The position numbers were made by a program, and so were the translations under genes. The notes beneath the pieces were generated by a model. It did no database searches. It was not told where the DNA came from and was given only the letters and a program-made list of their open reading frames with translations. DNA of 37,736 bases from an uncultured Leptospirales bacterium (GTDB lineage Bacteria > Spirochaetota > UBA4802 > JAFGJZ01): the NCBI GenBank assembly GCA_964484915.1, contig CAZAHA010000003.1:1-37736 (forward strand). The letters run 5' to 3'. Positions 26,570-36,065 of this stretch are shown piece by piece. Each line of letters begins with the position of its first letter. Position 1 is the stretch's first letter.

Positions 26570-27996
26570 CGTCTGCCGTAAAACCTGATGATCAGACGGT
26601 CCTGTGCGGCAAACGGACCGTCATATCTGCCCTTTTCAATCTGATACATCGTCTGATAGTCGATTGATGGAGCGTGCTGAAAAATGTCGTTTTTCCTCGC
26701 ATACAGCGCTGCCCGTTCAAGATACATCCGTACATGATAACTGACGGCAGAATCCTGTTGTATTTCAAACGATATCTCCACCTCTGCCGACGGTGCGAGT
26801 GCATGAAGAGCCCCGGCCCTGGAGAGGGCACGTTTCTGAACAGCAGTATCGATATCGGTACTGTCTGAGAGTGGAACAGCTACGGTAAAGAGAAGGAAGC
26901 GCTCTCCGTCCGGAAGGGTAGCGGCAGGGCGGTCCGCGTCTGCAAAGTCCATATCGATTGCTGTCGTCGTCAGCATGTCCGTATCGTAGAGCGAGTGGTA
27001 GGCGCGCTTGGGACGGACCCTGCTCTTCTCAGGCGCCAGGAGGTCATAGTAGAGGATGGTGTTGATGTCCGGGCGGTACTCGTTGCTCAGACCAAAAAAT
27101 GACGCATTTTCGCGGTACGTTGTCGGAAGGAAAGCACTGATCGCTTCCGCGATATCCGCGGACGGTACTCCGGCACGGCTGAGTGTCTCGATCGCGCCTT
27201 CCGGATCGGTCGAAAGCATATGGCCGCCGTACAGTACCGAATGTATAAAGTGTGACAGTTCACTCTTGTGCGTCAGCATGTATTTCCGTGTCGCGAGTGC
27301 GACATATGGAATAAAACGGGGCAGATCAGCCGTGGACAGGATAGTCCTTCCGTCCTGTACGATACCGTTGGTACTTTCAGACGCGTCAGCTTCGGACTTT
27401 TCAAGATTTCTGGCAAGTTCCCTTCGGCTGGCCGCATATATCCAGTTAATGCTGTCGGGCGGTATTGAGAGCTGCTGCATAAAAAACGACGCAAGGTGAT
27501 ATGACGCTGATTGTTCGACCGCGAGGACCGTTCTGCCGGGAAGACCGCGTATGGTAGTGAGTTCGCTGTTATATGAAACGATAGAGTGGGCTCCGTTGGA
27601 CCACCCCGTGAGACAGAAGACAACCGGATATGATGATGCGATCAAGTCGCGGTATGCGAGATAATCCTGAAGCGGCAAGACCGCGATATCGTATTCCTCA
27701 CGTGCAAGGCGCGTCAGCAAAAGCGACGGTTCGTTTTCAACTTCGCACATGAATGATCCGCCATTTTCTCCCGTGTATGATGCATCAGCGGTTTCAAACC
27801 CGCCGTTTGCAGTCAGTACCGGAAGGAGCGGATGGATGGAGTCACCGCCGATGCGGGTGAATTCATCAGTATCGAAGGTTGAAACAATAAAGGATGTGTC
27901 AACCATGAGATGGGATGTGCTGTCGGTTCCATTCTGCGTACATCCCGTGCACGCAAGGATCAGCAGAATTACCATTCCGTGGATCATGAATTTCAT
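26566..27996 (-). CDS. Lipoprotein with a periplasmic-binding-protein-like (NMT1/TauA-like) region; function unknown
   Basis: It has a signal peptide plus lipobox 'LLILACTGC'. 'DIAVLPLQDYLAY...TIRGLPGRTVLAVEQSASYHLASFFMQQLSIPPDSINWIY' resembles type-2 SBPs. It overlaps the prepilin peptidase gene by 4 nt. Confidence 0.6.
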   Translation of the reverse strand: MKFMIHGMVILLILACTGCTQNGTDSTSHLMVDTSFIVSTFDTDEFTRIGGDSIHPLLPVLTANGGFETADASYTGENGGSFMCEVENEPSLLLTRLAREEYDIAVLPLQDYLAYRDLIASSYPVVFCLTGWSNGAHSIVSYNSELTTIRGLPGRTVLAVEQSASYHLASFFMQQLSIPPDSINWIYAASRRELARNLEKSEADASESTNGIVQDGRTILSTADLPRFIPYVALATRKYMLTHKSELSHFIHSVLYGGHMLSTDPEGAIETLSRAGVPSADIAEAISAFLPTTYRENASFFGLSNEYRPDINTILYYDLLAPEKSRVRPKRAYHSLYDTDMLTTTAIDMDFADADRPAATLPDGERFLLFTVAVPLSDSTDIDTAVQKRALSRAGALHALAPSAEVEISFEIQQDSAVSYHVRMYLERAALYARKNDIFQHAPSIDYQTMYQIEKGRYDGPFAAQDRLIIRFYGRR

Positions 27997-28005
27997 GGAG
28001 AAGAA

Positions 28006-28320
28006 TCAAATATCCTTGAAGAGATTAGCCGCTTTCTTTTTGTCAGATAAATGCTTGTAGTCGTCATAGTCAATAACAAGTTTGTCGCCGTGAAGTGAGA
28101 AAAGTTTGTTATAGATTGACTTTCCGTTGGGACTTGACGGCTGCACCCGGCTTGCGATATATTTAAAGCGTGTTTTGCATTCCGGGCAGGCGTCTGCCGC
28201 GTCCAGTTTTATTCCGGTGCGCTTGCACACGTTGCAGTGTCCGTGCAGATCGTCAATAATGAGCAGGTGTGAATCGATCTCCTTTATGTCCACTTCCTTC
28301 CAGATACGGATATGTTCCAT
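28006..28320 (-). CDS. Small Zn-ribbon protein, function unknown
   Basis: 104 aa. 'CNVCKRTGIKLDAADACPECK' forms a CxxC-x13-CxxC pattern. GGAGA lies 8 nt upstream of the ATG. The stop is 9 nt from the lipoprotein start. Confidence 0.6.
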   Translation of the reverse strand: MEHIRIWKEVDIKEIDSHLLIIDDLHGHCNVCKRTGIKLDAADACPECKTRFKYIASRVQPSSPNGKSIYNKLFSLHGDKLVIDYDDYKHLSDKKKAANLFKDI

Positions 28321-28486
28321 GGTGCATTCTCCTGTAGCTTGGTTTGCTTCATTTTATTTACTCAGGAAGATAATCAAGTGAATTACGATCAGGCATGTTC
28401 CGTTCACAAAAAAAGAAGATGCGGCCGGATCCCGGTTCTTAAAAAATCTTGACACTGCGGGTTAAACGATGACCTTTTAGCAGATT

Positions 28487-29476
28487 GTGAAACGATTAAT
28501 GTGTTGCCAAGAGGTAATGCGCCAGGAGTTTTGTGTGAAACTTGTAATTAATATCCCCTGTTTTAATGAAGAAGAGACGCTGCCGCTCGTTCTGAAGGAT
28601 ATACCGAAGAAAATTCCCGGAATAAAAAAGATCGAGATCCAGATAGTTGATGACGGTTCATCAGACAATACAGCCGCAGTAGCCGAAAAGCACGGCTGCC
28701 GCGTAATCCGTCACAAAAAAAATCTCGGGCTCGGCATCGCATTCAAACACGGAGTGCAGACGGCACTGGCTAACGGCGCCGATATTATGGTCAACACGGA
28801 CGCGGATAATCAGTATCCTTCACGGTTTATTGGAGAACTGTGCCGTCCGGTGGTTGATGGCACAGCAGACGTGGTTATCGGTAACCGTCAGACTTGGAAG
28901 ATACGCCATTTCTCGCCGGTCAAGAAGTTCTTTCAGTGGTTCGGCAGCCTCATGGTCAGGAAGCTGACCGGTTCCGATGTCCGGGACACGGTGTCCGGAT
29001 TCAGGGCCTATTCCAGGGAGAGTCTGCTGCGGCTGAACGTACAGACGCGTTTCAGCTATGTGCTGGACACCATCATGCAGTGCAGCGTCAAGAACCTCAA
29101 GATGGCAAGTGTGGACATAGAAACAAACCGGCCGACAAGAAAGTCGCGCCTGTTTAAAAACATGTTGCAGCATATGATAAAATCCGGCGGAAACCTGATC
29201 AATATTTACATCATCTATATGCCGTTCATGACCTTTCTCACCATAGCGGTATTGCTGTTTATCCCGTCGTTCCTTATAATGGGACGGTTTGTGTATTTCT
29301 TTATTCAGGATGGAGGCTTCGGCCATGTACAGTCCCTGATTGCGTCTGCGATGCTCTTTCTTTCGGGTGTTCTCTTTCTAGTTCTCGGAATCATCGCCAA
29401 CCTTATCAAGGTAAACCGGCAGTTGGTTGAGGAGACGCTCTATCTCCAAAAGAAGACATATTACGGCTTCAGGTGA
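28487..29476 (+). CDS. Family-2 glycosyltransferase (polyprenyl-phosphate sugar transferase, GtrB/DPM1-like) with C-terminal TM helices
   Basis: 'INIPCFNEEETL', 'VDDGSSDNT' and 'NTDADNQY' (DxD region) are GT2 signatures, followed by two C-terminal TM helices. The true start is more likely ATG 28517 or GTG 28535. Confidence 0.8.
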   Translation: MKRLMCCQEVMRQEFCVKLVINIPCFNEEETLPLVLKDIPKKIPGIKKIEIQIVDDGSSDNTAAVAEKHGCRVIRHKKNLGLGIAFKHGVQTALANGADIMVNTDADNQYPSRFIGELCRPVVDGTADVVIGNRQTWKIRHFSPVKKFFQWFGSLMVRKLTGSDVRDTVSGFRAYSRESLLRLNVQTRFSYVLDTIMQCSVKNLKMASVDIETNRPTRKSRLFKNMLQHMIKSGGNLINIYIIYMPFMTFLTIAVLLFIPSFLIMGRFVYFFIQDGGFGHVQSLIASAMLFLSGVLFLVLGIIANLIKVNRQLVEETLYLQKKTYYGFR

Positions 29477-29595
29477 TATGCGTATTACGGTCCGTGTATT
29501 TTACTTGACTGTTTGTTTTTTTATACACACTATCGCTTAAGGGCGCTGAATAGCCAGACCGTCCGGCTGTGGTCCGGCCCCGTAAGGAATATGCT

Positions 29596-30825
29596 ATGAA
29601 GAAGTGGTCCATCGAAGTTGAAACGGTTATAACACCTGACGATACTGTCAATAACGCGTGTGTTGTTATACAGAACGGATATATCGAAGACATTTCTGCA
29701 GGCCAGCAGAACGGTTCGCGCATATCTGTGCAGATCGACAATGCCGTACTGCTGCCGGGGCTTATCAACGCACATGACCATCTGCTTGGAACATACTATC
29801 CGAAGGTCGGTGAGGGGCCGTATGAAAACTGGCTCCCGTGGGACAACGACCTGAAGAGCGCGAAAGTATACAATGAGCGCGAGCAGATACAAAGCCGCGA
29901 CCTCTATCTTCTCGGCGGTTACCGAAACCTTGTCTCGGGTGGGACCTCCGTACAGGACCATATTCCGCACTTCGTTCAGGAGCCGTTTCTCGAGATACTG
30001 CCAACCAAGGTTATCTGCGATTACGCCCTGGCGCATTCGATTACATCATTCGCCCTCAACTGGGGCATCGGAATTGAGGCTGAGTACCGGCGTGCGGAAG
30101 AGGAGGGGATACCGTTTATCACACATATCGCCGAAGGGTTCGACAACGAAACCGTCCGTGATCTGGATACACTTATTGCAAAAAATGGCCTCGGGCCTCA
30201 TTCGGTGCTTATTCACGGCATCGCCTTTGACGATCATGATATAGAGCGGATAGCAGAGGCAGGTGCAACCGTCGTCTGGTGCGGTGATTCCAACATGTTC
30301 ATGTTTAACAGAACCGCGCAGGTCAAGAAGATGCTTGATGCGGGAGTAAATGTCTGTATCGGTACCGATTCTCCGATGTCCGGAGGGCTGAACCTCCTCC
30401 ACGAGCTGCGGTTCGACAGGGAGCTTTTTCCGAAACTTTTCGGGGAAGCGATATCCAACCGGCAGCTTGTTGAGATGGTAACGAAAAATCCTGCGAGGGC
30501 TTTTTTCCTCGATGAAAATGGAAGTGTCGAAAAGGGAAAACTGGCTGACCTGGTCGTTTTTCATAAACAGTCCAGTGATCCGTACGCATCTGTTGTTGAT
30601 GCCGGACTCAAAGACGTTAAGCTTGTTGTTATCGAAGGAATGCCGGTTTACGGTGACGCTGAATACGCCGGGCTTTTTGAAGCGCTGGATGTCCCCGTAC
30701 AGAGGGTCGTTCTTGATAAAACGGAAAAACTGGTTATCGGCGATCTTGAAGGCCTGCTCCGGCGAATTAACCGCGCCGTTGGCTTTGTAAAGAAGCTGCC
30801 GTTTTTGCCCGTTTCTCTAAATTAG
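29596..30825 (+). CDS. Amidohydrolase-superfamily protein (metal-dependent deaminase/hydrolase-like)
   Basis: 'AVLLPGLINAHDHL' is the HxH metal motif, and 'GTDSPMSG' is the late Asp motif. The ATG at 29596, preceded by AAGGAA, is preferred over 29569. Confidence 0.75.
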   Translation: MKKWSIEVETVITPDDTVNNACVVIQNGYIEDISAGQQNGSRISVQIDNAVLLPGLINAHDHLLGTYYPKVGEGPYENWLPWDNDLKSAKVYNEREQIQSRDLYLLGGYRNLVSGGTSVQDHIPHFVQEPFLEILPTKVICDYALAHSITSFALNWGIGIEAEYRRAEEEGIPFITHIAEGFDNETVRDLDTLIAKNGLGPHSVLIHGIAFDDHDIERIAEAGATVVWCGDSNMFMFNRTAQVKKMLDAGVNVCIGTDSPMSGGLNLLHELRFDRELFPKLFGEAISNRQLVEMVTKNPARAFFLDENGSVEKGKLADLVVFHKQSSDPYASVVDAGLKDVKLVVIEGMPVYGDAEYAGLFEALDVPVQRVVLDKTEKLVIGDLEGLLRRINRAVGFVKKLPFLPVSLN

Positions 30826-30837
30826 GTACGAAAAACA

Positions 30838-32040
30838 ATGTCCGATTCCGTAACCAAAAGCGGTATTAGAACGAGAACCTACAAGTCGCAGGCTATCGTC
30901 TACTTCGAAGGCGACAAGAGTGATAACATCTTCATTCTCAAGAAGGGAAAGGTAATCCTTACCTACTTTAAGCCGGAAAGCAGCGAAGAGATAAAGGAAG
31001 AAGTCAAGACCGGAGAGTTCTTCGGTGTAAAATCAGCCCTGGGACGCTACCCGCGTGAGGAAACCGCACAGACAATCGGCGAAACGGTCATCCTGATTCT
31101 GACACTGGACGATTTCGAGAGGCTTGTTCTTGCAAATGTGGACGTCGTCAAGAAGATGCTCCGGGTCTTTTCCAACCAGCTTCGACGGATCGGCAGGGCC
31201 GTACGCGAGGTCATGGGTGAAACCAACGCTGTCGACCCGGCGCATGAGCTCTTCAAGATTGCCGACCACTACGCACGGAATTCCCGGTATGAACCGGCGC
31301 TGTATGCGTTCAAGCGGTATATGGAATACTATCCCGACGGAAAGAACGCAAGCCAGGCAATGAAGGCAATCCGCAGTATCGAGTCCGGAAACTATACCTC
31401 ATCGGGTAAGGAGTTAGAACAGTCCGCTCCTGAAACGGAAACGGCTGATTTTGACGAAGACTTTACAGAGCCTGCCGATGATTTTGGCATGGATTTCGAC
31501 GATGCACCGGATTCGGATGAGCCGCTATCCGATTTCGGATTTGATTATGACACAACCGACGATACCACTGAGCTCTCATCCGAAATGGATACTTACCTGA
31601 ACGGCGATTCCGGGACGGAGTCTCTTGATGATTTTGGACTCGATGACGAATATGAGGAAAATCCCAGAGACCGGTTGAAGCGTGCATGTGGGCTTGCAGA
31701 GGCGGGGGACCATGCCGGGGCAGTATCGATTCTGAACGCTCTCAAGGGTGATATGACCGTTGACGAGGAGATTCGTCACCGCGCGGCAATAGAGCTTGGC
31801 CGCAGCAAGAAGAGTCAGAACAAACTGCAGGAAGCGCTAAGCGAGCTGTCTCTCTTTGTAAAGAACAATCCCAAATCGGACTTTGTAAAGGAAGCGCTGT
31901 ATGAGGCGGGCGATGTTTACCTGCAGTCCGGTAACATTGACAAGGGCAAGGCGTATCTGAAGAAGGTTGCGGCCATGCAGCCAAGGACGGAGATCAACCA
32001 GAAAGCGCTTGCGCTGCTCAAGCAGCATACGTTTGAGTGA
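30838..32040 (+). CDS. Cyclic-nucleotide-binding domain protein with an acidic repeat linker and TPR-like C-terminus
   Basis: The CAP_ED pattern is 'IVYFEGDKSDNIFILKKGKV...GEFFGVKSALGRYPREETAQ'. A D/E-rich linker carries three DFG-x-D motifs. The C-terminus is helical and TPR-like. Confidence 0.7.
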   Translation: MSDSVTKSGIRTRTYKSQAIVYFEGDKSDNIFILKKGKVILTYFKPESSEEIKEEVKTGEFFGVKSALGRYPREETAQTIGETVILILTLDDFERLVLANVDVVKKMLRVFSNQLRRIGRAVREVMGETNAVDPAHELFKIADHYARNSRYEPALYAFKRYMEYYPDGKNASQAMKAIRSIESGNYTSSGKELEQSAPETETADFDEDFTEPADDFGMDFDDAPDSDEPLSDFGFDYDTTDDTTELSSEMDTYLNGDSGTESLDDFGLDDEYEENPRDRLKRACGLAEAGDHAGAVSILNALKGDMTVDEEIRHRAAIELGRSKKSQNKLQEALSELSLFVKNNPKSDFVKEALYEAGDVYLQSGNIDKGKAYLKKVAAMQPRTEINQKALALLKQHTFE

Positions 32041-32693
32041 GGAACATCATGCTTCTTGACGAACATTTTCTACAGAAATTTGGCGTCGAGTTTTCACCCG
32101 GCGATATTATCTTCTGCGAGTACGAACCGGGGATCGAGTTTTACTTTATCCATTCAGGCAGTGTTAAGCTTGTTAAGCTGATAAACAACCGCGAAAAGAC
32201 AATCGATGTCCTTCGCAAAGGCGAGATCTTCGGCGAGATGGCGATCCTTGAGGCCGAGCCTCGTTCCGCTACCGCTGTAGCCGCCGAGAGGACAAAACTG
32301 CTCAAGTTCCACCGCGACAATTTTGATGCGCTCCTGCAGGGAAACCCGCAGCTTGCATACAAGCTTCTTATACTTTTCTCGCGTCGTATCTATGACGCCA
32401 AGAGACGCCTCATGATACTCCTTATGAACGAGCCGGAGCTCAAGGTGATGGACGTGCTCTGCATGCTTGCCGAACATAATCCATCGCTGGACCTTCACAG
32501 CCAGATATCGCTTGAGACAAATATTGAGGATATTTCAAGCTGGTCCGGTCTTTCCCTCGATGAGACGCAAAATGCGTTGACACATATGGCCAACCTCGGA
32601 AAGGTTGAACTTTACGCTGACAAGATCATGGTTAAGAACATTCTTGATTTTCAGCGTCAGGTCAATTCCAGACGCAAGCAGATGTTTTCCTGA
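32037..32693 (+). CDS. Crp/Fnr-family transcriptional regulator
   Basis: The CAP_ED pattern is 'IIFCEYEPGIEFYFIHSGSVKL...GEIFGEMAILEAEPRSATAVA', followed by a C-terminal HTH-like 'IEDISSWSGLSLDETQNALTHMANLG'. The start is GTG 32037 (overlapping the upstream stop) or ATG 32049. Confidence 0.75.
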   Translation: MRNIMLLDEHFLQKFGVEFSPGDIIFCEYEPGIEFYFIHSGSVKLVKLINNREKTIDVLRKGEIFGEMAILEAEPRSATAVAAERTKLLKFHRDNFDALLQGNPQLAYKLLILFSRRIYDAKRRLMILLMNEPELKVMDVLCMLAEHNPSLDLHSQISLETNIEDISSWSGLSLDETQNALTHMANLGKVELYADKIMVKNILDFQRQVNSRRKQMFS

Positions 32694-32698
32694 TCAAT

Positions 32699-32772
32699 GC
32701 TCCCGTAGCTCAGGTGGATAGAGCAGTAGTTTCCTAAACTATGTGCCGGAGGTTCGAGTCCTCCCGGGAGCG
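32699..32772 (+). tRNA. tRNA-Arg (anticodon CCT)
   Basis: I folded the cloverleaf by hand. The acceptor stem is GCTCCCG/CGGGAGC, the D stem GCTC/GAGC, and the anticodon stem GTAGT/ACTAT. The loop TTCCTAA carries CCT at 32733-32735. The T arm is GGAGG-TTCGAGT-CCTCC and the discriminator is G. Confidence 0.9.
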
Positions 32773-32792
32773 CACTATTCGGAGTACAATTG

Positions 32793-33866
32793 ATGCACGA
32801 AAAATTACACATACTGGCGAAACGATTTCTTGAGATAGAGCAGGAGATGAGTAATCCCGACGTAATCAGGGACCAGAATCGCTTCAGGGACCTCAACAAG
32901 GAACACTCCCGTCTTTCTCCGGTTGTCGCACTGCATAAAGAATACCTGGCCAAGTGGCAGGAGGGGGAGGACGCCAAGGCGATGCTTGAAGAGGACTCCG
33001 ATCCCGAAACGCGCGAAATGCTTCAGGAGGAGCAGCGCGCGATTGAGTCGCGTCTTGAAGAACTGGAGCAGGAGCTGATGATCATGCTGCTGCCCAAGGA
33101 CCCCAACAGTGGAAAGAATGTTATCATCGAGATCCGTGCGGGAACCGGCGGCGATGAGGCCGCCCTCTTCGCCGCCGACCTTTTCAGGATGTATACACGA
33201 TATGCCGATATCCGCGGCTGGAAAACCGAGATGCTCGAAAAAAACCAGAACGAGATCGGCGGCATGAAGGAGATTATCTTCCAGGTCTCCGGCGAGAACG
33301 TATATGATGACCTCAAGTTTGAATCCGGGACCCACCGTGTACAGCGCGTCCCGGAGACAGAGTCCGGCGGGCGGATACACACATCCGCTGTAACGGTTGC
33401 GGTCATGCCAGAGGCGGAAGAAGCGGACATCGAAATCCGACAGGAGGACCTGCGGATAGACGTCTACCGCGCGTCCGGACACGGCGGCCAGTCGGTGAAC
33501 ACGACGGATTCTGCCGTACGGATAAACCATGAACCGACAGGCCTTGTGGTAACGTGTCAGGACGAAAAGTCCCAGCTCAAGAACAAGAACAAGGCACTGA
33601 AGGTTCTCCGTGCCCGCCTGTTTGAGATTGAGGAGCAGAAGCGCCGCTCGGAGGAGTCCCAGCTTCGCAAGCTCCAGGTCGGTTCTGGTGACAGAAGCGA
33701 ACGTATCAGGACCTATAATTTTCCCCAATCGCGGATAACCGACCACCGTATCGGACTCACGCTCTACCATCTCGAGCAGATCCTTGCCGGTGAACTGGAC
33801 CAGGTGATCCAGCCGCTGAAGGAATTTGAAGTTGAAGAGCTCCTCAAGGAACAGAATGCGTCATGA
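32793..33866 (+). CDS. prfA: Peptide chain release factor 1
   Basis: It has '[17 protein letters not shown]' (GGQ motif) and 'PET' in '[17 protein letters not shown]' (PxT, RF1-specific). The track ORF starts one codon earlier, at TTG 32790. Confidence 0.93.
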   Translation: MHEKLHILAKRFLEIEQEMSNPDVIRDQNRFRDLNKEHSRLSPVVALHKEYLAKWQEGEDAKAMLEEDSDPETREMLQEEQRAIESRLEELEQELMIMLLPKDPNSGKNVIIEIRAGTGGDEAALFAADLFRMYTRYADIRGWKTEMLEKNQNEIGGMKEIIFQVSGENVYDDLKFESGTHRVQRVPETESGGRIHTSAVTVAVMPEAEEADIEIRQEDLRIDVYRASGHGGQSVNTTDSAVRINHEPTGLVVTCQDEKSQLKNKNKALKVLRARLFEIEEQKRRSEESQLRKLQVGSGDRSERIRTYNFPQSRITDHRIGLTLYHLEQILAGELDQVIQPLKEFEVEELLKEQNAS

Positions 33867-34696
33867 CCGCCGGAGAGTATGTCCGGATCCTGGCCGGTCG
33901 GCTGAAAAAAGCCGAGATACAAAGCTACCGTCTTGACGCGGAGCTTCTGGTGTCACATGTACTCGGTATACCGCCGATGCGCCTTCTCATCGACAACCGT
34001 CATGTTATTCCCGAAGATCAGATAAAAACCCTCGAAGCGCTGACAGTCCGCCGTGAGAAACGTGAACCGCTTGCCTATATTACCGGAACCAAAGAGTTCT
34101 ATTCACTGGATTTTTCGGTAAATCCCGATGTTCTCATACCGCGTCCGGAATCGGAGTTTGTGGTGGAGGCGGCTGTCCGTCACGCTCCCCGAAACGGTCG
34201 TGTGCTCGATATATGTACCGGAAGCGGAGCCATCGCGGTCGCGTTCAAGCACGAGCGGCCGGACTGTACCGTCTCGGCTGCGGACATATCGGAGCGTGCA
34301 CTTGCCACGGCAGAGGAAAACGCACGGCGCATACTCGGTCCTGACGCGATGGTCTCATTCTATGTAAGCGATCTCTTCGCACGACTGGACGACAACTATG
34401 ACATCATTACGGCAAACCCGCCGTATATTCCAATAAAGGAAAGGCAGTTCCTTCAGGCGGAGGTATTGTATGAACCCGAGTTGGCGTTGTTTGCCGAAGC
34501 CGATGGATTGGCCGTTATCCGGAGAATACTTGAAGAGGCTCCGCTGTATTTAACTGAGAGCGGCATGATCATTATGGAGATACACTCAGCCAAGCATAGT
34601 GAGATGCAGAGCCTCGCCGATGAGTACCGCTACAATATAGAATTCATTAATGATTATGCCAGAATGCCGCGGGTAGCGCTCTTGAAGAGGAAATGA
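33863..34696 (+). CDS. prmC: Release-factor glutamine N5-methyltransferase
   Basis: It has the 'ITANPPYIP' NPPY motif and the SAM motif '[12 protein letters not shown]'. There is an ATGA overlap with prfA. Confidence 0.9.
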   Translation: MTAGEYVRILAGRLKKAEIQSYRLDAELLVSHVLGIPPMRLLIDNRHVIPEDQIKTLEALTVRREKREPLAYITGTKEFYSLDFSVNPDVLIPRPESEFVVEAAVRHAPRNGRVLDICTGSGAIAVAFKHERPDCTVSAADISERALATAEENARRILGPDAMVSFYVSDLFARLDDNYDIITANPPYIPIKERQFLQAEVLYEPELALFAEADGLAVIRRILEEAPLYLTESGMIIMEIHSAKHSEMQSLADEYRYNIEFINDYARMPRVALLKRK

Positions 34697-34697
34697 C

Positions 34698-36065
34698 GTG
34701 TTTTCACATATCAGATATCAGATGAAAACAGTCGCTCCGTTTCTCTTGCTCATGCTGATTATTTCACTCGGCGGTATGGCAAGTTCGCTCTTTTCACGGT
34801 GGTCGTTTGCAGCCATAATCGCCTTTATGTATAACATTGCGTTCACCTTTTATTATGTGTACATCATTGCCAGTTCATCTGATGAAATACCGCTGCCTGT
34901 GGAAAGCTCTTCCCTTCAGTTTTTTTTGTCTATGTTTGAGCGCCGGCTGTTTCCGTTTTTTGTTATATATCTTGTGAGCGTCCTCTCCAGTGCGGTTCTT
35001 CGCATGGGTAACGACGAGTGGTCCGCGCGCGCTTTTCTTGTGTACTTTGACGACAGGACGGCAAACATGGTACTCTATTGCGTCCTCCTGTACTATGTCT
35101 ACCGGTTTGGCAGCAAGCCGTTTCTGGCGATCCCGCTCTTCCTAGCGCTTTCATACATCGTTTACTATTTGAACAATCTCTTTTACGACGCCTTTCTCGG
35201 CGGAACGGCGATAATCATATACAAGATAGCGAAGATGGCACTTGTGCTGTTAGTCATAACATGGAACTTCAGAAAAAGCGGATGGGCCCTTGTTCAGAGT
35301 ACACTCTTTGCGATTACCGTGAGTATCATCTTCAATTTTTCCATCATCGGTCTTTATTCCCTGTTCTTCAGCAATACCGTCGACCCTCGTGTCAGGATTG
35401 AATACGGGATGCGTCTGGGACACTACGGCAGGAAAAAGATGATAGAGGACCTGACTCCGACCCTTTTTGCGGTTAAGGATGTCCGCTATCTCAGGCGCGC
35501 ATACCCCTATTATCAACGGTATAAGATACCGGTACGGGCGGATGAATCATTGTGGAACGAAATGCTCTATTCCGGTACCGTGAAACATGCGGATGAGGTT
35601 GCCCTCTATATGCTCAAAGAAGGTGTCACGACCGAGCCGGCCGGACTCATCTCCTATGCGATGGAGCATGCATACAAGAATGACGGTCAGCTCGAAAAGA
35701 GCGACAACCTTGTGCGGCTTACGGCACAGTCTGTCGGAGGCGGAGAGTATCTTGATCTTTTAGTCAGACGAATGGACGGCCTGCCAAAACCGTTTACCCT
35801 CTGGTCGATAAAGGTTCTCGGCGAGAGCAGCAGCTGTTCCGCCATACGGAAGCTCATCGACTACCTGCCTGCATATGACAGCGATATATCGTTTCAGGCG
35901 TACGGGTCGTTGAAGGTCCTTACCGGACTCCGTCCCGACCAGGACAACGACCTTCCCTATAACTCCGTTGAATCGATACGCCTTTTCAGGGATTACTACC
36001 GGGAAATGTGCATAAAAACCGAACCGGACAACGGTGACATTCGGGTGTCCGCGCAAAACAGGTAG
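34698..36065 (+). CDS. Polytopic membrane protein with a soluble helical-repeat (HEAT-like) C-terminal region; function unknown
   Basis: 455 aa, with about 6 predicted TM helices in the first 220 aa. The C-terminal 'VLGESSSCSAIRKLIDYLPAYDSDISFQAYGSLKVLTG' resembles HEAT/PBS-lyase repeats. The start is GTG 34698 or ATG 34722. Confidence 0.6.
   Translation: MFSHIRYQMKTVAPFLLLMLIISLGGMASSLFSRWSFAAIIAFMYNIAFTFYYVYIIASSSDEIPLPVESSSLQFFLSMFERRLFPFFVIYLVSVLSSAVLRMGNDEWSARAFLVYFDDRTANMVLYCVLLYYVYRFGSKPFLAIPLFLALSYIVYYLNNLFYDAFLGGTAIIIYKIAKMALVLLVITWNFRKSGWALVQSTLFAITVSIIFNFSIIGLYSLFFSNTVDPRVRIEYGMRLGHYGRKKMIEDLTPTLFAVKDVRYLRRAYPYYQRYKIPVRADESLWNEMLYSGTVKHADEVALYMLKEGVTTEPAGLISYAMEHAYKNDGQLEKSDNLVRLTAQSVGGGEYLDLLVRRMDGLPKPFTLWSIKVLGESSSCSAIRKLIDYLPAYDSDISFQAYGSLKVLTGLRPDQDNDLPYNSVESIRLFRDYYREMCIKTEPDNGDIRVSAQNR

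Noticed and set aside
32699-32772. The tRNA-Arg as an integration hotspot marking a genomic island.
   Set aside because: The flanks are a Crp-like regulator and prfA-prmC. I found no integrase, no direct repeat of the tRNA 3' end and no obvious compositional break.
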